Shown one piece after another: positions 38,467 to 47,649 of a stretch of DNA of 64,000 nt. Numbering within the stretch: the stretch's first letter is position 1; each line of letters opens with the position of its first letter. The DNA is taken from positions 32,001 through 96,000 of the IMG/VR virus record IMGVR_UViG_3300012943_000028. One strand, 5' to 3'. Source of the DNA: a virus. Lineage: Duplodnaviria > Heunggongvirae > Uroviricota > Caudoviricetes. The position numbers were made by a program, and so were the translations under genes. A model generated the notes under the pieces. That model was not told the DNA's origin. It saw nothing but the letters and a program-made list of their open reading frames with translations, and did no database searches.

Positions 38467-39020
38467 GTTGTCTGTCCTTCGAGAACGAAGTTCTCGTTTG
38501 TGGTGTCGATGAAGAGGATGGCGTCGACCTCGGACCCAACGAGCAGGCCCTGCTGGCTCATGTACATGTTGCGCACGACTGCCTCAGGCACGCACTTGTC
38601 ACCGCGCGTCTTCTGACGATCAACGACAGTCTGCAGCGGCGTCATGACCTCGACACCGAAGACGTAGAAGCCCTTCTGACGGGCTTCCTGTACCCAACGA
38701 GCACGGCCCTTCTTCGTGAAGTTCGTGTTGTCGATGAACAGCACGTCAGACTTCAGCGCCTCAGCCCACGCCGTGGCGATGAACTGGTTGAACTCCTTCT
38801 CGTTGTTCTTTGCGTACTCGAAGGTGGCGTTGTACATGTCGGCGTCGGTGTCATTGTCTGACCACCACTGTCCAGCATGGCTCGCATCCATGAACTTGCG
38901 CCGGCAATCATCGAGCGAAAAGACGCTGTGCTCTTTGAAGCCAAAGACCTCAACGAGCCGACGACGCACGGTGGATTTTCCGGCGCCGGATGGACCAACC
39001 ATCAGGTAGCACTTCTTCAC
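38460..39020 (-). CDS. P-loop kinase (AAA_33/polynucleotide kinase-like)
   Basis: MVGPSGAGKST, SLDD.R, IDNTN...R, RQKTRGDKCVPEAVV. Confidence 0.85.
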   Translation of the reverse strand: MKKCYLMVGPSGAGKSTVRRRLVEVFGFKEHSVFSLDDCRRKFMDASHAGQWWSDNDTDADMYNATFEYAKNNEKEFNQFIATAWAEALKSDVLFIDNTNFTKKGRARWVQEARQKGFYVFGVEVMTPLQTVVDRQKTRGDKCVPEAVVRNMYMSQQGLLVGSEVDAILFIDTTNENFVLEGQTTC

Positions 39021-39211
39021 TTTGTCACCTCAACGATCTTGTCGCCAACGACGCAGACCGGCTTCTGTGTTTCTGCTGAAAGCATGACCTTTCCGCCAAG
39101 CTTAGCGCACGCGGCCTCATACTTTCTGGCCATGCCAATCTCACCACCGACCCAGCCAGCGAGAGCGCAGAACAAAATCACTGCGATGGCACGCACCAGC
39201 TTGGAGTTCAT
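39017..39211 (-). CDS. small membrane or secreted protein
   Basis: N-terminal hydrophobic segment. Confidence 0.5.
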   Translation of the reverse strand: MNSKLVRAIAVILFCALAGWVGGEIGMARKYEAACAKLGGKVMLSAETQKPVCVVGDKIVEVTK

Positions 39212-39810
39212 ACGTTCTCCCACTCGGCCATCCACACCGCAACGTCGGCCAGCTTCTTCGGCTGGTCGTCAGAGATGCGGCCATGCTGATCGCTGTTGAG
39301 CAGGTCCAACCATGCCTGGTGGCCGGAGGGACCCATGCGGTTCAGGAATGCGTCCTTGAGCGCCTTACGCTTCTGCTTGTCCTTCAACGCAAACGGCACA
39401 TGATGCTCCAGCATCAGCGCCACGTCCGAGATGTCGGCGAGTGAAAAGCCGGTCAGCTCAGTGACGAGCACGCGGTTCGACAACGCATAGTCCACCCACA
39501 TGCGGGCCGAGACCTGCTCATGGCCGTGGTAGGCACGATAGTTGCCACGCTCCTCAGAGAACTTGAGGATTTCGGACGGCGGCTTACCGACATCGTGGAA
39601 CAGGCAGCCGACGAGAGACAGCATGCGCTGCTTCTCGTTGCGGTGATCGAAGAAGTTGGCCATGTAGTAGTCGAGCAGCATCTGCGTGTGAACGGCCACG
39701 TTGGCCTCACGGTGCCACGGCGAGTTCTCGACGGTGCGCACCATCGCCGCCCACTCAGGCGTCTGCTTGAATGCGGCGTGCAGGGCAGTGAATTGTGCGT
39801 ATGCGCTCAT
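39208..39810 (-). CDS. HD-domain phosphohydrolase
   Basis: SPWHREANVAVHT, LFHDVGKP, GHEQVSA, HH, SDQHGR. Confidence 0.88.
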   Translation of the reverse strand: MSAYAQFTALHAAFKQTPEWAAMVRTVENSPWHREANVAVHTQMLLDYYMANFFDHRNEKQRMLSLVGCLFHDVGKPPSEILKFSEERGNYRAYHGHEQVSARMWVDYALSNRVLVTELTGFSLADISDVALMLEHHVPFALKDKQKRKALKDAFLNRMGPSGHQAWLDLLNSDQHGRISDDQPKKLADVAVWMAEWENV

Positions 39811-39811
39811 G

Positions 39812-40012
39812 TTAGTCTGGGATGAACTTTGAGATGGTGAGGTACGGAACTCCATGACCGTCGGTGTAGGCATCGATCTCGAAGACGTTTCCATCGTCGT
39901 CCTCAATCACGAGCTGGTTGACGGCAGATGCGTCGATCGACACGATCTTCTTGCCCTTCAAGACCTTGAAAGCATCTTCACGGGCGGACTTCTTTCTCTT
40001 CTTGGCGGCCAT
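39812..40012 (-). CDS. hypothetical protein
   Basis: GAGGAG RBS; promoter-like element upstream. Confidence 0.55.
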   Translation of the reverse strand: MAAKKRKKSAREDAFKVLKGKKIVSIDASAVNQLVIEDDDGNVFEIDAYTDGHGVPYLTISKFIPD

Positions 40013-40243
40013 CTCTCCTCCGGTTCTGGAGGAGATTGTATCACGATTGAGCTGGCCGGAAAACTACGGGCAGATGAACCCGAACATCATCAGCAGAACC
40101 GCCGAAACACCGACGACCCAGAGGTGGCTCTTCGATGCCTCGTCCCGACCGTTCAGGTACCTGAGGCCGCTGTAGACGAAGGCAAAGACAAGCACGCAGA
40201 TCAGGAAGATGAATCCTAGCGCTTCAAAGTCCATGGTGCCTCC

Positions 40244-40714
40244 TTAGAACTCTGGATTCCACTTGCTGATGTGACCCTCAACGAGGGACCAGGTACCACC
40301 GACCATCGCCCAGCGTGAGGTGTTCCTGCGGCGCAGGTACTTCTTGCCGGTGGACGTGGTGATCTGGTACGTCTTCGTAATCTTGACGATCTCGCCGTCG
40401 GGGTAGTAGTCGCCATTGAAGGCGTACGACACCTTGTCACCGACCTTCCACGGCTCGATGATAGAGTAGCGTGGCGATACGTGGTCGCCCTCATCGACAG
40501 GCAGGTACTTCTTGCCGGTCGTCGCCTCGAGCAGGCGGCAGATGCGAGTCACCTGTGCGAAGGAGTTCCAGTCGACCCGGTTCTTCCACACCTCGTGATC
40601 GATGGTCATGTAGCTGTGGTCACCGTCGTTCGTCTTGTAGGTGACGAGCTTTTCCTTCGGCGGATCGTACGAGGTGTCGACCGGAATATCACCATGGAAT
40701 TTCACGTACAGCAT
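40244..40714 (-). CDS. hypothetical protein
   Basis: KVGDKVSYAFNGDYYPDGEIVKIT. Confidence 0.65.
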   Translation of the reverse strand: MLYVKFHGDIPVDTSYDPPKEKLVTYKTNDGDHSYMTIDHEVWKNRVDWNSFAQVTRICRLLEATTGKKYLPVDEGDHVSPRYSIIEPWKVGDKVSYAFNGDYYPDGEIVKITKTYQITTSTGKKYLRRRNTSRWAMVGGTWSLVEGHISKWNPEF

Positions 40715-40832
40715 GTGAACCTCACTTGCTCTTGCTGTTGATCCACTTCTGCCAACCACCAGGCTTGATGTCCTTGCGGTACCGGCGTCGAAGCTTCTTG
40801 GTCTGGCTGCGAATCAGCTTACTCATGAGGGC

Positions 40833-40861
40833 ATTGTAACCTACAACCTGAGGAAAGTACA
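40833..40861 (-). promoter_or_regulatory. sigma70-like early promoter
   Basis: TGTACT-N17-TACAAT. Confidence 0.6.
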
Positions 40862-40869
40862 ACCCTACA

Positions 40870-41286
40870 TTATGTTAACTGGTCGTCATACCTGCGGATC
40901 AAAACGGCCTGCTCTCTCAAGGCCTGGATTTCCCAAGGCCGCTGGCTGAATGGAACCTTGTCGAACTCGTATCGCTTGCCTCGCCACAGCGCCGTACGTG
41001 GGCTATGTCTGAGCAGACCTCTAGCGATCTGCTTCACATGCACAAACTCGTGGCAGATCGTGGTGCCGAGTTCTGATGGTGGGATTTTGTCGAGGTTGAG
41101 AAGGACGAAGACGTGGTCCTTTTTGGTGTGCGCCGTGCAGGCGAAAACCTTTGAGCGCTTTTGCGTGGCCGACACGATCACTGTGTAGCGGCTGTTGGTC
41201 AGACCGAGCTGTTCAATGCAGTACTCGCTGACAGACTTGATGTACCTCGCGCGGTAGTCCTTACCGCAGAAAACGGTGAGCTTCAT
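40870..41286 (-). CDS. HExxH zincin-like metallopeptidase
   Basis: TICHEFVHVKQ...PWEIQA. Confidence 0.8.
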   Translation of the reverse strand: MKLTVFCGKDYRARYIKSVSEYCIEQLGLTNSRYTVIVSATQKRSKVFACTAHTKKDHVFVLLNLDKIPPSELGTTICHEFVHVKQIARGLLRHSPRTALWRGKRYEFDKVPFSQRPWEIQALREQAVLIRRYDDQLT

Positions 41287-41462
41287 TCTTCTGACCAGAC
41301 AAGCGTCAGGCGAAACTTCCCCTTTGCAATTCCATGCTCATCCGCTGGAACATCTTCGGCAGCACCATTGAAATGTGGGTCGAGTGCCTCACTGAGGTCT
41401 CGCTCCATATCGATGATGCCTTCACCGTAGTAATCCATCTCGAGAAGCGTGATTGTTTTCAT
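41283..41462 (-). CDS. small hypothetical protein
   Basis: Short ORF with ATGA overlap. Confidence 0.5.
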   Translation of the reverse strand: MKTITLLEMDYYGEGIIDMERDLSEALDPHFNGAAEDVPADEHGIAKGKFRLTLVWSEE

Positions 41463-41479
41463 GGTCTTTACCCTCAAAA

Positions 41480-41503
41480 GGAGGGGCCCTTTCGAGCCCC
41501 TCC
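41480..41503 (-). terminator. intrinsic terminator after the flotillin gene
   Basis: GGAGGGGC/GCCCCTCC stem with TTTT tail on the minus strand. Confidence 0.75.
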
Positions 41504-41518
41504 AGTTTCAATCAGCCG

Positions 41519-42901
41519 TTAGGCTGAGGTCGTGCTGTCTTCCTTGCCGCCGGTCGCCTTACCGACCGTCACGAGCTTTTCGAAGATCGCTGCGCCAGCA
41601 GGAGTCTGCTTGAACGCTTCGACCATACCTGCCAGGCTGGTGCCACCCTTCGTCGTGAAAAGGTCCATCAGCTTGGTCACGCCGCCACCGACATCACCAG
41701 AGTTGGCGATGACCTTGAGGTCGCCCTTTGCAAGGGCTTCGGCCTGCGCCACGCCAACGACCTGGTCCTTCTTGACCATTTCGATCTTGACGAGGTAGTC
41801 CTGGTAGCCAGGGTTCGAACCAATCTCGCGAGCGAGCTCGATCTGCGTGGTGATCGGAGCCATGAGGATGGCCTGCTCTGCAGTACCCTTTGCCTTACCT
41901 TCAGCTTCGATACCCTGTGCTTCAAGGCGCTTGGCCTCAAGAGCACCGGTGGCGATCGTAACCGTCTGCTTGGCGGTACCTTCGGCCTCGATGACGGCCG
42001 TCTTGGCTTCCTGTTCGGCGATAACCACCGCCACGTCCTTGTTGATTTCGGCCTGACGAACTTCGTTCACCTTCTTCACGGCCATGTCCTTCTCGGCGGT
42101 CGTTGCAGCTTCAGATGCGATCTGCTGAAGCGACTTCTGCGCTGCGATACCGACCTGCTGTTCCTTCTCGGCAGTACGGATACCGACCTGCTGCTGAGCT
42201 TCCTGATCACGAAGCTGAACGATCTGCTTCGCAGCAATTTCTGCCAGCTCAGCTTCACGCTTGTTGTTCGCAACCTGAACGCGCGACTGCATCTCGATTT
42301 CCGACTTCTTCTTCTCCATGATCTGCTTGATCACCTGAGAATTGCCGCTGTCGTTGATGTTCATGAACTCGATGTTCTTGACTGTCGTGACACCCCAGTT
42401 CTTGAGGTTGTTGTTCACTTCCTGCGTGAACGCTTCACCGAACTCGCTGCGGCCTTCGAGAATCTGCTCGATCTCCGACTTGGCGAGAATGGAACGGCAG
42501 GCGCCCTGCAGAATACCAACGAGCTGAGCGTTCAGCTGCTGGAAGTCACTGATGCGCTGGGCGGCGAGGACGGCGTCTTCGATGCGGAAGAACGACATAA
42601 CGTCCACAACGAATGGCAGACGACCCTTGTCGTACGCTTCATAGTCCTTCAGGGTCACCTGAAAGTTGGACACTGGCAGCTTGATGGCGGTGATACCGAG
42701 GACCGGCAGCCATGAAGGCCATGAGTAGTACACGTTGCCCGAAGTCTGGTCCTTACCGTAAACGGTAGACTTCTTCTTCGACTGTACGATGTGCACGTCG
42801 TTTGTCGAAACGACGGTACGGAAGCTGATAGCGACTATCAGCGCAATGATGATGAAGGCAGCGACGCCAGCACCAAGCATCCAAACGGGAATACCAAACA
42901 T
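41519..42901 (-). CDS. SPFH/Band 7 flotillin-like protein
   Basis: N-terminal TM, SPFH domain, Ala/Glu/Gln coiled coil (AEG..EA repeats). Confidence 0.88.
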   Translation of the reverse strand: MFGIPVWMLGAGVAAFIIIALIVAISFRTVVSTNDVHIVQSKKKSTVYGKDQTSGNVYYSWPSWLPVLGITAIKLPVSNFQVTLKDYEAYDKGRLPFVVDVMSFFRIEDAVLAAQRISDFQQLNAQLVGILQGACRSILAKSEIEQILEGRSEFGEAFTQEVNNNLKNWGVTTVKNIEFMNINDSGNSQVIKQIMEKKKSEIEMQSRVQVANNKREAELAEIAAKQIVQLRDQEAQQQVGIRTAEKEQQVGIAAQKSLQQIASEAATTAEKDMAVKKVNEVRQAEINKDVAVVIAEQEAKTAVIEAEGTAKQTVTIATGALEAKRLEAQGIEAEGKAKGTAEQAILMAPITTQIELAREIGSNPGYQDYLVKIEMVKKDQVVGVAQAEALAKGDLKVIANSGDVGGGVTKLMDLFTTKGGTSLAGMVEAFKQTPAGAAIFEKLVTVGKATGGKEDSTTSA

Positions 42902-42919
42902 CTTTTTCTCCTTACAAAG

Positions 42920-43222
42920 TTACAAATCGTTCAAAACAACGGCTTTGAGCTTGCTGAGCTGCCCATCTGGTGCTTCGGCGTGGAACACCCACTTAACGAA
43001 GCTGTCATCTTCAGCCCTCTCGGCTTCTTTCAAAACGAAAAACAAAACACGACCGGTCTTACCCGATCGGATACCGAACCCAATGTCAAGTGAATCTTCC
43101 CACAGCGTTCGCAAAACGCCTGGCACCTTTGTGATCGTTGATGTGAAGGTACCAGCTGCGGCATCGTACGTGAAGTCGCTAGATGGATAAACCTTTCCGG
43201 CGATGAGCCTAAGATTTTCCAC
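42920..43222 (-). CDS. hypothetical protein; paralog of the C-terminal module of 46394..47335
   Basis: Shared F.YD...TF, W.D..D.GFGIRS..T, W.FH, KA.V.ND. Confidence 0.7.
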   Translation of the reverse strand: MENLRLIAGKVYPSSDFTYDAAAGTFTSTITKVPGVLRTLWEDSLDIGFGIRSGKTGRVLFFVLKEAERAEDDSFVKWVFHAEAPDGQLSKLKAVVLNDL

Positions 43223-43484
43223 GTTGAGACCTACGGAGGTAGATCAGAAGACTGATCCACACTATGTTGGCTGCCATTATAGCAAGACCACCGATGAAAG
43301 AAAACCATTGGTCAAGGTGAGGGTAGAAGAACAGGTTCCACACGCCCCAGGCCGCAAAGAAGATTGTCGACAGGATGGAGACGCCGTGTGCCTGCTTGGA
43401 TTTCCACAGCACACGACAGTGATTGAGGATGAACAATGATCCAAGCGCCTCGAAGGCGCCGTTCACGAGATCAGGAGCTGCCAT
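43209..43484 (-). CDS. small 3-TM membrane protein (PQ-loop/SemiSWEET-like)
   Basis: K...GVSI...FFAAWGVWNLFFY. Confidence 0.6.
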   Translation of the reverse strand: MAAPDLVNGAFEALGSLFILNHCRVLWKSKQAHGVSILSTIFFAAWGVWNLFFYPHLDQWFSFIGGLAIMAANIVWISLLIYLRRSQRGKS

Positions 43485-43544
43485 TTGAATCTTCTTAGAA
43501 TGAGAGATTCAATTGTAGCCTAAGTGCAACCGCCGTTACAACCT

Positions 43545-45197
43545 TCACAGAATCGCAAATGGTACCGCTTCATCGCCGAATTGGTCGTCACTTTCACCAA
43601 CCACGTCTGAATCAGGATCAACAGACTCGTAGACGATCTTGCGCGCGCGCTCATCGTAACCTGCAACACGGTTGAGAACCTTCATGACGATGATCATGGC
43701 CATGATGGCGTCGTCGGTGGTACCCTGCTTGGCAACGTATGTGCCGCCCTTCGAGATGAAATTCTGCAGCTCAAACAGCAGAAGGTCTGAGTTGATGCGA
43801 AGGCCGATGTCTGGTCCCTTCTCAACGAGGTTCTTCATCTGCATACATGAGAGCAACTTCGTCTTGCCGGTCGTGTAGCAGCCAAGGCGCTTGTCGTTCT
43901 CATTGTAGAGATCAACGCCGTCAAGGTAAACACCACCGTCTGGCGCCTCATCGTTCTGAATCATGGCAACAAGGGATTCACCCACGCCGTTACGCTCGAA
44001 CGACCACACTATGTCGGCCTTACCACCCTGCACGCCAGTCTTTCTCAGGTACTTGAACAGCCACTTGAGCTTTGCGTAGATGAGCGGGATGTTGACGGAG
44101 TTCAGGCGTAGCTCGGCGATCTGCTCCATCTTCGGGAACTCAACGACCTGAATGACAGTGAAGTCCTGGCCGTTGCCGGTTCCAGGGTCTACGCCAATGA
44201 GGTACGTCTTGTTGCGGCCACCGATCTCCTCGTCGGTTCTCCAGAAGCGGAAGCCCATGTTCTTTGAAACAGGCTGACGTGCCTTGAGGAACGACAGCTT
44301 GAAGGAGTCGATGAGCATTGCGTCTGACGAGATGAACTCGCACAGAACTTCCTGGCGGAAGCCGATTGGACCAAGCTCTGCCTGCATCTGGCGCAGGTAG
44401 GCCTGTCCACGGTCTGGGTGGCGGCTCCATGGGAAGAACACCGGCTTGAAGGTAGTGACTGGTGTGCCGTCATCCTGCTTCTTGGCCATCTCTTCGGCAG
44501 GAATTTCGGTGATGGCATCTGGGCCGTTCTCATCCACCTCAGAAGCATTGGCGTTGCGCCACAGCGTTGCGAATAGATCGGTATCGCCGTTCGGCGTTGA
44601 GGAGATGATGGCCTCACCACCAGTAGACAGGGTTGGTGCAAGCGAGCGCCACATGGCGGTCTGAATGCGTGGGTTGATGAACGCCAACTCGTCGAGGTAC
44701 AGCTTGGAAATTGCGAGACCACGACCCGTCTTTTCAGTCGTAGCTTCTGACTTGATGCGTGAGCCGTTGTCGAACTCAATGTTGTGCTTGTTGTAGTAGC
44801 GGCACCCAGCCTTGAGCCAGTGTGGCACTTCCTCGTACGCAAAGCGGATACGGTCCATGATCTCCATAGCGTGCGAGTTGTTCTTCGACGCAATGACTAT
44901 CGTCTTGTCCTTGTGGAACATGGCGTACCAAAGGAGGAACATGGAGATTGTCTGAGTCTTACCCATCTGACGCGAGATGAGAGCGATGACTCGCTTTTCT
45001 TGATGGATCATCTTTACGAGCTCTTCCTGGTAGTCGTAAAGATTGAAGAGCATCTTGCCCTTCGTTGGGTGCTGCAGCCAGACGTAGTTACGAATGAAGT
45101 AGACGGGATCGCGCTGACAGCGAATCAGCTCTTGAATCTTGTCTGGCGTGTACTCGGATTCGGCGTACGCGCGCTTGATGAGGTTGTTGCCGGCCAC
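43545..45197 (-). CDS. terminase large subunit (T4 gp17-like)
   Basis: DPVYFIRNY, SRQMGKT, LDELAF, SSTPNG, GVDPGTG, DDAIMA. Confidence 0.96.
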   Translation of the reverse strand: MAGNNLIKRAYAESEYTPDKIQELIRCQRDPVYFIRNYVWLQHPTKGKMLFNLYDYQEELVKMIHQEKRVIALISRQMGKTQTISMFLLWYAMFHKDKTIVIASKNNSHAMEIMDRIRFAYEEVPHWLKAGCRYYNKHNIEFDNGSRIKSEATTEKTGRGLAISKLYLDELAFINPRIQTAMWRSLAPTLSTGGEAIISSTPNGDTDLFATLWRNANASEVDENGPDAITEIPAEEMAKKQDDGTPVTTFKPVFFPWSRHPDRGQAYLRQMQAELGPIGFRQEVLCEFISSDAMLIDSFKLSFLKARQPVSKNMGFRFWRTDEEIGGRNKTYLIGVDPGTGNGQDFTVIQVVEFPKMEQIAELRLNSVNIPLIYAKLKWLFKYLRKTGVQGGKADIVWSFERNGVGESLVAMIQNDEAPDGGVYLDGVDLYNENDKRLGCYTTGKTKLLSCMQMKNLVEKGPDIGLRINSDLLLFELQNFISKGGTYVAKQGTTDDAIMAMIIVMKVLNRVAGYDERARKIVYESVDPDSDVVGESDDQFGDEAVPFAIL

Positions 45198-45259
45198 TAT
45201 CGCTCCTATATGGCGGGAACACGTCTGACGTTTTAACTAACCCGCAGGTTAGTATTTAA

Positions 45260-45550
45260 TCAGCGCTCAACCTGTTCGTTGAGAATATCGTTGTCGCTGA
45301 TCTTAAGCTCGCCAGCAGTCTTGAGGTCCTTGCGGATAACAGCATAGCGAGTGAGCTCCTTCTTGAGGAACGCTATCTGACTAGGGCGTGGCTGCTTCTT
45401 ATGCTGCGCAACGTACTTTCTGACTGCAGCATCTGCCATGTGATCGATGACGTCAGCGTAGTGCTGGACGCGTGCCTGGTCTACGGTCGCATGCATGCGA
45501 ATCGGCTTGCCCTCATCGTCATGGATTCCTATACCATCAATACGGTTCAT
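45260..45550 (-). CDS. hypothetical protein
   Basis: 96-aa ORF, ATGA-coupled. Confidence 0.6.
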   Translation of the reverse strand: MNRIDGIGIHDDEGKPIRMHATVDQARVQHYADVIDHMADAAVRKYVAQHKKQPRPSQIAFLKKELTRYAVIRKDLKTAGELKISDNDILNEQVER

Positions 45551-45711
45551 AGCGCAGAGTGAATCCGGAGCTGTGAAGCCTGAAGGGCCTTGAGTGAAGG
45601 CTTGTCCTTCTTCATACGATAGCGGCGTGTCTTTTCACCGAGGTCCCACACCATGCGCTCGATCTTCTTTGCCGAGCATTCAAGTAGGAACTGCTTGAAC
45701 GTGGTCTTCAT
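45547..45711 (-). CDS. small basic protein with capsid-targeting-like N-terminus
   Basis: Not in the ORF track; MKTTFKQFLLECSAKKIERM... Confidence 0.6.
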   Translation of the reverse strand: MKTTFKQFLLECSAKKIERMVWDLGEKTRRYRMKKDKPSLKALQASQLRIHSAL

Positions 45712-45712
45712 G

Positions 45713-46384
45713 TTACTGACGAGCGAGCTGCTTCCAGATCACGAGAGGCATCTGTGCAAGGTCCGTGAACATCTTGTCACCACCACGACGAAGAACGATT
45801 TGCTCATTTGGAAGAAGCATGACACGGTAGTCGCCGGCCTTGGCGATCATGCGTGGCTCTTCGACGTCGTCAGTGTTCTCATCTGCCTCATTCACGCGCT
45901 CCTCATCGTAAAAGCCGTAAACGTCCTTGAGGTCGGCAATGAGCTCACGCATTGATTCGAAGTAACCATCAGCACGCTCCTTAAAGTCCTCATCATCTTC
46001 ATCATCAGAGGTATAGGCGTTCTGGAATTCCTTGTTGACGGCATCAAACTGCTTCTTGATTGCGTCTGCCTTCTTCTTGTCTTCCTTAGCGGCCTTCTTG
46101 TAGTGCTTCTCAAAGTCTGTAGCGAGATCAGCCTGGTCATCTTCAACGCTCTCAAGGGTTGGAACATGGGCGAGCTTGATCAGGTTCTTGAGCGCCTCGT
46201 CGCTGAGGCCCTTGGTGATACCATCGTCGTCTGTATCACGCACCATCTGCATGATCTTGGCAACATCGTCGCTTGAGAACTTGCCCTTCTTATGCATGCG
46301 GGCATTGAAGTGGATGAGGTCATTGATGCGCTTCTTGGTAGAAGTCTCTGACGACATCTTGTGAAGTTCTTTTAGAAGTGACAT
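45713..46384 (-). CDS. putative internal head protein
   Basis: MSLLKELHK start; internal TLES and VNEA motifs. Confidence 0.55.
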   Translation of the reverse strand: MSLLKELHKMSSETSTKKRINDLIHFNARMHKKGKFSSDDVAKIMQMVRDTDDDGITKGLSDEALKNLIKLAHVPTLESVEDDQADLATDFEKHYKKAAKEDKKKADAIKKQFDAVNKEFQNAYTSDDEDDEDFKERADGYFESMRELIADLKDVYGFYDEERVNEADENTDDVEEPRMIAKAGDYRVMLLPNEQIVLRRGGDKMFTDLAQMPLVIWKQLARQ

Positions 46385-46393
46385 GCTAGTTCC

Positions 46394-47335
46394 TTAATCG
46401 TTCCAGACAATTGCCTTGACACCATTTAGCTTTGGATCGCGGCTGTAGTTGTACACATGGAAGGTCCAGTGAGTGATATCACCTTCACCGTCTTTGTGTT
46501 CCTGCATTGACGTGAAGGCGGCAAGATCATCAGTGCGGATTGATCTGATACCAAAACCTTCATCAGCAGCATCGTTCCAGATGCGACCTTTCCAATTACG
46601 GCCCAGCGATGAAGCTTCAGCGCTGAACGTCTTATCACCCTTGTCATAGTGAAACAGCCTTGAGCTGTGGACAGGGCCGATGAAATGTGGCTCATGGTGC
46701 TTTGGGATTCCAGCCTCAGCAAGACTTTCATACTGACTTGGATGACCCATTGGGTCTTCAAAGTGATCATCGCTGTTGAGGTGGTCTTCAATCTGGCGCA
46801 TTGATGGCGCATTGTACGCCTTCAAGAAGTGGTCAACCTCATGCTCACCAAGTGGTCCCTTCTTCTCAGCTGACTTGCCAAATCCCTTTGGATAGATGTA
46901 GAAGTCGCCGAATGCCTGCTCGATGTGGATCGTCTCACCGCCCTTGCTGACAGTGAAGCGCTCGATGCGAGTTGGATCAGAACCGCGCGTGTTGTAATGG
47001 TGCGTTGAAACACTCCATCCGTCCATGTCAGCGCTTTCAGTCACCTTCTCATGTTCCTTTGGAAAGAAGTAGGTTGACTTTTTGTTCTGCTGTTCCTTAG
47101 GAGGAGAGACGCGAGCGTACTTGTCACCACGATAGGTGAACACTTCAACTACCCATGGGCCTTCAGCGGTGTCAACGAACTTGTGCGACACGCGCTTGGC
47201 CTTCATCAACGTAGCGGCATCTGCCTCTGACGTTGTGTCAAGCTCATCAGTACCAAGGGCAGCACGAACCATCTTGAGGATTTTGTCCTCAATTAGCGCC
47301 TCAGCAACGAACGTCTTAAATGAGTTCTTGCTCAT
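46394..47335 (-). CDS. putative internal head polyprotein (about 3 modules)
   Basis: MSKNSFKTFVAEALIE start; internal VTES and LAEA motifs. Confidence 0.6.
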   Translation of the reverse strand: MSKNSFKTFVAEALIEDKILKMVRAALGTDELDTTSEADAATLMKAKRVSHKFVDTAEGPWVVEVFTYRGDKYARVSPPKEQQNKKSTYFFPKEHEKVTESADMDGWSVSTHHYNTRGSDPTRIERFTVSKGGETIHIEQAFGDFYIYPKGFGKSAEKKGPLGEHEVDHFLKAYNAPSMRQIEDHLNSDDHFEDPMGHPSQYESLAEAGIPKHHEPHFIGPVHSSRLFHYDKGDKTFSAEASSLGRNWKGRIWNDAADEGFGIRSIRTDDLAAFTSMQEHKDGEGDITHWTFHVYNYSRDPKLNGVKAIVWND

Positions 47336-47649
47336 TCACCACCTGCTGGGGCTGCTGCACCGCCGTCACCGGCAGGTGGAGTTGGGAAACTGCCTGGGGC
47401 TGGAGGAGGTGGAGGACCTGGTGGCTGTGGCTGTGTACCGTGGTTGTGACAGTTGTGGCCGTGACCGCCGGCCCATGGCATGCCAGGGCGGAAGCGTGGA
47501 CCAAGCCAACCGAGGTAGTAAGGAGGAAAGAGCGATGGCTTCTTAGCAGCCTTCTTTTTCTTCTTTTTCTTCTTCTTTTTTGCCTCGCTCAGAAGCTCAT
47601 CAGGAGTTCCTTCAATCTCGAGGAACTCTTTGAAAGTTGTGTTAGCCAT
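47332..47649 (-). CDS. poly-Lys/Pro-rich putative internal head protein
   Basis: MANTTFKEFLEIE...LLSEA-K10-AAKK...Pro-rich tail. Confidence 0.6.
   Translation of the reverse strand: MANTTFKEFLEIEGTPDELLSEAKKKKKKKKKKAAKKPSLFPPYYLGWLGPRFRPGMPWAGGHGHNCHNHGTQPQPPGPPPPPAPGSFPTPPAGDGGAAAPAGGE

Noticed and set aside
23358-45197. Introns, inteins or homing endonucleases in nrdA, nrdB, uvsX, uvsW or terL
   Set aside because: All are of normal length and uninterrupted.
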